32,575 nt of DNA from a virus (Duplodnaviria > Caudoviricetes), in IMG/VR virus record IMGVR_UViG_3300005573_000030, positions 1-32,575 of that record, one strand, 5' to 3'. The notes under the pieces were generated by a model. That model searched no databases, was not told the origin of the DNA, and saw only the letters and a program-made list of their open reading frames with translations. Shown in pieces: positions 27,578 to 32,575 of this stretch; position 1 is the stretch's first letter, and each line of letters starts with the position of its first letter. A program made the translations under genes and the position numbers.

Positions 27578-28597
27578 ATGGAACCAAATACCTTCACCGG
27601 GCTACTCATACCGGAGCAGCCAATCAAGCTGACCGACTACGTACAGGGAGACCCGGGTAACCCGCTGCGCGGCTTAGACGCCAGGATCCTCAACCCGACC
27701 GGCAAGTGGGCCAAGTACCGGCCGCCGCTGCAGCGGCAAAAGAGCGCCAAGACCGGATTCGAGAGCAACGACTGCACCGGCTACGGCCTGTGCCGCAAAG
27801 TCGCGGCCGATTTGAACTGCATGCTATGGGAAGGCATGCTGCCGGCAGCGTTTGTCGAGTGGGCCAAGGCGAACAAGTACATACAGTACCCGGACGGGTA
27901 CCCGCAAGGAACGTTTTTATTTGACCCGCAGGTCCTCGGCATTATGGCCGGCACGACCCAAAACGGAAACTGGCTGCAGGTCGTAGCAGACACCGCGCGA
28001 AAGAACGGCCTCCTGCCGGCAGGAACCCTGCCAGGGCCGGACGGCTATCAGCCAGGCGACTGGGCCGGATTTTATAACAAGGAATTAATCACGCCGGAAA
28101 TCCGCTCGCTCGGTTTGGAATTTTTGAAGTGGGTAGACCTGCCGTACCAATGGCGCAACATCGAGGAAGGAGAGGCGCTCAAAGCCTGCTCCCTTTACAG
28201 CGCGGTATGCACGTGCGCCGGCTGGAGCAGCGACAGCCCGGTCAAGTGGTGCAACGCCGGCGATGCCACCAACCACGCCGTAGGCCAGACAGACGACCAG
28301 GAAATCCTCGACAGCTACCCGCCGGATTTGAAGCAGCTGAGCAGCGACTACGCGATACCTTACCAATTAATGGTTTTAACAACCGTAAAGGAGCAGCCAA
28401 CTATGGCAAAAACTATCGGATACAAAATCCAGAATAACCCGACCATTTACGTACTGGTCGGCAGCAACCTGGTGCCAGTAGCCGACTGGCCGGCGTTTAT
28501 CCGGCTCGGCGGCGACAGCAACAGCGTGGTGACTTTGGCAGACAGCGAACTGGCAAAGTTTACCATTGTATCGAGCGTTCTGTTTAAGAGCGCCTAA
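27578..28597 (+). CDS. Papain-like cysteine peptidase, candidate lysin
   Basis: Q...NDC, NHAV and DSY in papain order; separate C-terminal domain. Confidence 0.6.
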   Translation: MEPNTFTGLLIPEQPIKLTDYVQGDPGNPLRGLDARILNPTGKWAKYRPPLQRQKSAKTGFESNDCTGYGLCRKVAADLNCMLWEGMLPAAFVEWAKANKYIQYPDGYPQGTFLFDPQVLGIMAGTTQNGNWLQVVADTARKNGLLPAGTLPGPDGYQPGDWAGFYNKELITPEIRSLGLEFLKWVDLPYQWRNIEEGEALKACSLYSAVCTCAGWSSDSPVKWCNAGDATNHAVGQTDDQEILDSYPPDLKQLSSDYAIPYQLMVLTTVKEQPTMAKTIGYKIQNNPTIYVLVGSNLVPVADWPAFIRLGGDSNSVVTLADSELAKFTIVSSVLFKSA

Positions 28598-28627
28598 AAC
28601 ATTAAATCGCAAAAGGACAACAAAACC

Positions 28628-28924
28628 ATGAACCGAATATACGAAATCGTCGGCAGCCCGGCCTTCCAGATAACCAAGCAGGAAGCTATAAGCATAGCCA
28701 AGGGCATAGGCATCGCCGTAGCCGGCGCGTTGCTGACCGAGATAACACGGCAGCTGACCGGCGCCAGTTTTATCCTGACTTGGCACAGCTTCCAGGTAGG
28801 GCCGGCCGAATTTGCTGCCGGCAGCTACAACCTCACGCCGCTCATTTGGGTAGGCTGGAGCGCCTTCGTGAACTTTGCCAGGAAGTGGATCCCGGACACC
28901 CGGACCACAGCCGGCAAGCAGTAG
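28628..28924 (+). CDS. Putative holin
   Basis: 98 aa, two hydrophobic segments, VNFARKW ending, lysis cassette position. Confidence 0.55.
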   Translation: MNRIYEIVGSPAFQITKQEAISIAKGIGIAVAGALLTEITRQLTGASFILTWHSFQVGPAEFAAGSYNLTPLIWVGWSAFVNFARKWIPDTRTTAGKQ

Positions 28925-28992
28925 CCCGGGACCATTAACCGCGCCGAGGCGTGGAGGGTTAGCCGAAGGCCCGGACCGAGGCAGAATTCAAC

Positions 28993-29550
28993 ATGCCAAA
29001 AACAGCTATCAGGCTCGCGATTAAAATCGCTATAGCAGCAGGATTCGCCGCCGCGCTTTTGGCAGCCCCATATTGTGCGAGTAAAGAGACGGCTAACCAA
29101 AAAAAAGACGCGCCACGGGCAGAATTTGAAGCCGTTTCTATGCAAACGGCAGACGTGAGCGCCAAAACGGAACCAGAGGCGCCAAATCTCAAAGAACCAG
29201 CAGAGGCCAAAAAGTACCTGGCCGGACTGGCCACCGCGGCAGAATTTAAAGTGCTGCAGGAAATCATACAATGCGAAAGCGGCTGGCAGCACTACTGGCC
29301 GACAACCCGCGCCGGACACAAAGCCGGCGACGTGAAAATCAGCAACGGCAACATCGGCTTCGGACAATTGAACAGGCCGACCTGGGAAAAGTGGATGCAG
29401 AAAAACCACGGCCTGGACATTTACGACCCGGCCGACAACCTGAAAGCGACCCTGCTCATTTACCGCCGCAGCGGCATCGGACCCTGGGAGCCGTACAGCG
29501 GCCATTGCTTCAAACCAAAACTACAGGCGAAAGGAATCAGCCCACGGTAA
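28993..29550 (+). CDS. Lytic transglycosylase-like protein with N-terminal signal/anchor
   Basis: IIQCESG, IGFGQLN..TW, DP.DNL, G..PW; Ala-rich N-terminal helix. Confidence 0.78.
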   Translation: MPKTAIRLAIKIAIAAGFAAALLAAPYCASKETANQKKDAPRAEFEAVSMQTADVSAKTEPEAPNLKEPAEAKKYLAGLATAAEFKVLQEIIQCESGWQHYWPTTRAGHKAGDVKISNGNIGFGQLNRPTWEKWMQKNHGLDIYDPADNLKATLLIYRRSGIGPWEPYSGHCFKPKLQAKGISPR

Positions 29551-29634
29551 AACGCTGACGGCCGGACCGGAGAATCGACCCTCCGATCCCACCGCTGGCG
29601 CGTTACTTTGAAACAAAACTAGGAGGAAAATAAA

Positions 29635-29934
29635 ATGAGCTGGCAGGCGCAGCGGTACCAAGACGTGGACGGCCGCCTGGCAGGCGACCGGAACCAGAAA
29701 GGCAACAAGAAGCAGTACCGGCTAAGCAAGGCGCAGCGCGAAGCCCGGAACCAACCGACCGAGCATCACGTACCGCCGCAGAGCGTAGGCGCGGAATTTA
29801 CCCTAACCCGCGCCCGGAAGTACCACGAAGCGTACCATTTACTATTCGGCAACGCCGCGACGCTCGAGCGTTGTATTGCAATTCTGAAACGGGACTGGTG
29901 GACACCACCAGAGGAGGCAGCATGGCAGCAGTAG
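29635..29934 (+). CDS. Hypothetical protein with degenerate HNH-like motif
   Basis: EHHVPP.S.G...H..YH; AGGAGG upstream. Confidence 0.5.
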   Translation: MSWQAQRYQDVDGRLAGDRNQKGNKKQYRLSKAQREARNQPTEHHVPPQSVGAEFTLTRARKYHEAYHLLFGNAATLERCIAILKRDWWTPPEEAAWQQ

Positions 29935-30125
29935 CAACGAGACGCGAACCGGACAAGACCCCGCTGGCGCAGACCCAGCCCGGTCATTGCCACGAATGCA
30001 ACATCACCGTGGCGCCCTACGAACCGGGAAAGGTACATTGGCACGGCTTGACTTTCCACGGCTCGTGTTTTAAAACCTGGGTTCGCCGGCAGCCGGATCA
30101 TTTGACTAAAAGCCCGCCCAACTAA
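29922..30125 (+). CDS. Small putative zinc-binding protein
   Basis: CHEC...HGSC; GAGGAGG before ATG29922. Confidence 0.55.
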   Translation: MAAVATRREPDKTPLAQTQPGHCHECNITVAPYEPGKVHWHGLTFHGSCFKTWVRRQPDHLTKSPPN

Positions 30126-30137
30126 GAGCGGACAACG

Positions 30138-30170
30138 AATCCCGGGACGCCGCTCCCGGGATTTTTTATA
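30138..30170 (+). terminator. Intrinsic terminator ending the late operon
   Basis: AATCCCGGGA/TCCCGGGATT plus T-tract. Confidence 0.85.
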
Positions 30171-30189
30171 GCGCTTTTTATTTTTAACC

Positions 30190-30218
30190 TTGACACCTAC
30201 GCGCCAATTTGCTAAGCT
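30190..30218 (+). promoter_or_regulatory. Sigma70-like promoter
   Basis: TTGACA-17-TAAGCT with extended TG. Confidence 0.6.
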
Positions 30219-30245
30219 CAAACGTGGAGAGTAAATACCAAAACC

Positions 30246-30273
30246 AAAACAGGACACCGCGTTCTGTTTTTTT
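30246..30273 (+). terminator. Weak intrinsic terminator
   Basis: AAAACAGGA/TTCTGTTTT plus T-run. Confidence 0.55.
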
Positions 30274-30359
30274 ACGCCCACACAGGATCCACAGATCCGC
30301 AAAGAAAATTAAATATACCCACCGGCCGTAACCAACCGGCAGCGAGCCTATAACAGGGC

Positions 30360-30388
30360 TTGCAAGCGACGGCGGGATTTGGTAAACT
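30360..30388 (+). promoter_or_regulatory. Sigma70-like promoter for a putative sRNA/integrase leader
   Basis: TTGCAA-17-TAAACT with extended TG. Confidence 0.6.
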
Positions 30389-30535
30389 TGCACCGTAACT
30401 GCTTAATGGCTCTTACAGCGGACGTTCACCATTGGACCATTTACCAGCACATTATGTGCGAAGTAAGGTGCCTATGGGGATACCGCGAAATTGCAGCCGC
30501 GACGTACATTCAACTGGACGACGCCTGGCTGCCGC

Positions 30536-30565
30536 AAAACCCACTGTTCGCTTCAGCGGGTTTTT
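30536..30565. terminator. Terminator-like hairpin directly before the integrase start
   Basis: AAAACCCACTG/CAGCGGGTTTT (one A.C mismatch); T-runs on both strands. Confidence 0.6.
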
Positions 30566-30570
30566 GTGTG

Positions 30571-31713
30571 ATGAAATTTTCAGAGGCAATAGACAAATTC
30601 AAAGGCTGGCGCCTCTTCAAGGTTAAGGGAAATACCGTAAAAGGGTACGACCGGGAACTGCGAATGTTTTGTCTGTTCCTACGAAACCCAAACATCGAAG
30701 ACATCCGGCTCCAAGACGTTATGGAATACCTAAACGGTATGAAGGAGCTGGGCTGGGACCATAACAGCTTCGTCGGCAAGTGCATGGCGATTAGAAAATT
30801 TTTAGAATTTTTCCGGCTGCAGGGATACCGGGTCCTCGACGAAAACCTGGTGCCGGTGCCGCACAAAGAGTACAACATACCAAGAGTAGCGGACGAAGCG
30901 AGCTACTACCAGCTGCTGAATGCGATACCAAAACACAGCCACGACCCCAGGCACATTCGCAACAAGGCAATTATAAAAATGCTATGGGACACCGGAGCGC
31001 GAAATGGCGAAATTTTACAGCTCGACGTCGGAGACGTCGACCTGCAAAATTGCCGGGCCGTCATTCGCACGGAAAAGAACAAAGGTCGGCGGCCGATCCG
31101 GGAAATTTACTGGACCGAAGAAACCAGCGAAGCGATAGCAGACTGGCTGGCCAAGCGTCGGCACCTGCAGACGGTCTTCCACTTCAAGGACCCGGACGCG
31201 TTATTTTTATCCGTCACCGGCACCAAGGAAGGGCAGCGCTTGTCGGTCAAAGGCGTCGGCGAGATGCTGCGGCACTACAGCAACACGGCCAAGATACCGT
31301 ACATGAACGCCCACAGCTTCCGGCACCACATGGGCCACGACATCATAAAAAAGGGAGGCAGCGCGGCAGACGTTATGAACATTCTCGGACACAGCAGCCT
31401 GGCCAGCTCGACGATTTACACAATGATGACCAACAAGGAGCTGGAAGACCGCTACCGCTACTTCAAAGGAATCAACGAACGCGAGGCAGACGAAATCCGC
31501 AAACAGCTGCAGCAGCGGCGCCAGGGCCGGCAGCACGAAACCGTGCCGGTCCGGATCGGAGCCAAGCCGCGGCCGAAGGGCCGGCCGGAGGTTTGGGATT
31601 TGACCAAGGCCGCAACCCAGGTGCTGCTCGATCAGCAGCAGGAGGCCAAGCGCCGGCAGCCGCCGGCAGCGAAGAAGCGGCTGCACCCAGGCCCGGGAAT
31701 TGCCGGCTGGTAA
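30571..31713 (+). CDS. Tyrosine recombinase/integrase (XerC/D-like)
   Basis: TGARNGE (R), TEK (K), HSFRH, LGH, IY; start moved to ATG30571. Confidence 0.92.
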   Translation: MKFSEAIDKFKGWRLFKVKGNTVKGYDRELRMFCLFLRNPNIEDIRLQDVMEYLNGMKELGWDHNSFVGKCMAIRKFLEFFRLQGYRVLDENLVPVPHKEYNIPRVADEASYYQLLNAIPKHSHDPRHIRNKAIIKMLWDTGARNGEILQLDVGDVDLQNCRAVIRTEKNKGRRPIREIYWTEETSEAIADWLAKRRHLQTVFHFKDPDALFLSVTGTKEGQRLSVKGVGEMLRHYSNTAKIPYMNAHSFRHHMGHDIIKKGGSAADVMNILGHSSLASSTIYTMMTNKELEDRYRYFKGINEREADEIRKQLQQRRQGRQHETVPVRIGAKPRPKGRPEVWDLTKAATQVLLDQQQEAKRRQPPAAKKRLHPGPGIAGW

Positions 31714-31728
31714 AAAACGCGCTATGAT
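31700..31728 (+). promoter_or_regulatory. Putative promoter for ORF 31764
   Basis: TTGCCG-17-TATGAT. Confidence 0.5.
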
Positions 31729-31763
31729 AAAGCTGTTTTAAAAAATTAATTTAGGAAAAAGCA

Positions 31764-32024
31764 ATGACCCCATTATTCGAAACGAACGTGAAGTGGGCCT
31801 GGTCCAAGGTCCAGGTATTCCCCGGCAAGGTCGTACACACGACCGGCCTCACGCACAAAGAAAAAATAATTCTGGCCGGCCAGATCGCCAGCATCGACTC
31901 GGGCATACCGTCCGTCGGCAAGCTGACGCTGACGACAAACAGCGGCGAAAAATTCGAAATGCTGGTGCCGGCAAAAGACAAGCCGAAGCTGATAGAAGCG
32001 ATCGAATCACAAATGAAAAAGTAG
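31764..32024 (+). CDS. Stand-alone bacterial PH-like domain protein
   Basis: Beta-strands with I...QIASI, GKLTLTT.SG and a C-terminal helix. Confidence 0.55.
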   Translation: MTPLFETNVKWAWSKVQVFPGKVVHTTGLTHKEKIILAGQIASIDSGIPSVGKLTLTTNSGEKFEMLVPAKDKPKLIEAIESQMKK

Positions 32025-32029
32025 CAGCC

Positions 32030-32056
32030 AAGCCCGGGCAGCCCCCGGGCTTTTTT
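32030..32056 (+). terminator. Intrinsic terminator
   Basis: AAGCCCGGG/CCCGGGCTT plus T-run. Confidence 0.85.
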
Positions 32057-32065
32057 AATTGCCGC

Positions 32066-32093
32066 TTGACGGCTGTTGAGGATATGGTACAAT
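32066..32093 (+). promoter_or_regulatory. Promoter giving a probably leaderless mRNA
   Basis: TTGACG-16-TACAAT with extended TG; ATG begins 7 nt after the -10. Confidence 0.7.
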
Positions 32094-32099
32094 GGCCGT

Positions 32100-32324
32100 A
32101 TGAAAACACTACTCGAAACAAAAAAGATAGGACGGCCGCAAAAAGCAGAGCGCAACCGCGAGCTGGTAACCAAAATCGACGCCGGCTGGACCCTCCGGCA
32201 ATTAGCCGACTTTTACCGGATAGGTATCCGGGCCATTTGGGAGATCAACCAGCGCGACCACAACACCTACTGCCAAAACGCGAAATGTCCCAATAGAATC
32301 AAGCCTTCCGAGGGCAAAAAGTAA
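32100..32324 (+). CDS. Small HTH DNA-binding protein (Mor-like C-terminal HTH), candidate regulator
   Basis: GRP...ERNREL...GWTLRQLADFYRIGIRAIWEI; C-terminal Cys pair. Confidence 0.7.
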   Translation: MKTLLETKKIGRPQKAERNRELVTKIDAGWTLRQLADFYRIGIRAIWEINQRDHNTYCQNAKCPNRIKPSEGKK

Positions 32325-32348
32325 TCCACTTTTTTCCCACTTTTCCGG

Positions 32349-32377
32349 TTGACTTTTGTTGAGGAAAGGCTTATAAT
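32349..32377 (+). promoter_or_regulatory. Near-consensus sigma70 promoter of the early operon
   Basis: TTGACT-17-TATAAT. Confidence 0.85.
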
Positions 32378-32415
32378 TAAGTAGGATCATTAATAACCAA
32401 ATAAGAGCCATCAAC

Positions 32416-32534
32416 CGACGAGGCGAAGGCTCCTACGGCACAGCTAAGAAGTTTAAGAAGTGCCACGGGAAGTAGGAGCTAAAAAAACCTTATAAACAAA
32501 GGCCAAAAGCCTCGTCGAAAGACGAGGTTTTTTT
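32416..32534 (+). promoter_or_regulatory. Structured attenuator/riboswitch-like leader
   Basis: CGACGAGGC (32416-32424) can pair with GCCTCGTCG (32509-32517), the terminator 5' arm; nested stems between. Confidence 0.7.
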
Positions 32535-32575
32535 ATTTGGAAAAAGGGAAAAAGCAATGAACCAGACAGCAGCCA
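32455..32575. repeat. Exact terminal direct repeat (copy 2)
   Basis: Identical to 1-121. Confidence 0.95.

Larger units (their letters stand above)
1..32575 (+). mobile_element. Complete tailed dsDNA phage genome, probably temperate, HK97-like head, non-contractile tail
   Basis: TerL, portal, protease, capsid, tail tube, tape measure and recombinase in canonical order; no sheath gene seen; circular ends. Confidence 0.93.

Noticed and set aside
29635-29934. HNH terminase cofactor
   Set aside because: Motif is degenerate and the gene is far from the terminase genes; left as hypothetical
30379-30570. N-terminal extension of the integrase in the ORF track
   Set aside because: Overlaps a promoter and a terminator-like hairpin; the recombinase-like sequence begins at ATG30571
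30406-32411. Invertible segment bounded by ATGGCTCTTA/TAAGAGCCAT
   Set aside because: Only 10 bp with no dyad recombinase arms, and a related match at 684-695 fits an antisense or operator model better; not excluded without read data
32416-32480. Cobalamin riboswitch (GCCACGGGAAG) or hammerhead (CCGACGA...GAAA) resemblance
   Set aside because: The other conserved elements and the required stem arrangement are missing
1-32575. CRISPR array, tRNA genes, diversity-generating retroelement, stop-codon recoding
   Set aside because: No repeat-spacer array, cloverleaf, reverse transcriptase or template/variable repeat pair seen by eye; genes are intact in the standard code

Overview
This window is an apparently complete, circularly closed genome of a temperate-type, HK97-fold, probably siphovirus-like phage of about 32.45 kb (bases 1-121 repeat exactly at 32455-32575). 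Every credible gene is on the + strand. Order: small early ORFs; AAA_24/Sak4-like ATPase; HTH replication initiator with internal iteron-like repeats; HU; membrane-anchored transglycosylase; C5 methyltransferase; RusA; ParB-methyltransferase fusion; terminase; portal-MuF fusion; prohead protease; capsid; neck/tail genes with a -1 frameshift chaperone; tape measure; tail tip and fibre; lysis-like cassette; tyrosine recombinase; two small genes with their own promoters. Mostly SD-less, A-rich leaders and the gene repertoire suggest a Patescibacteria (CPR)-type host, which is inference only. The most interesting signals are non-coding: (1) a terminator/antiterminator leader in front of the early operon; (2) a putative small RNA beside the integrase whose 5' end is complementary to that leader and to two other gene leaders; (3) a second terminator/antiterminator in front of the portal, next to a YezD/DUF2292-like small gene; (4) a ~220-nt branched structure in the head operon. 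With no recognisable CI-type divergent switch, these suggest a largely RNA-based developmental control system. All assignments are from motif reading by eye; no searches were run.
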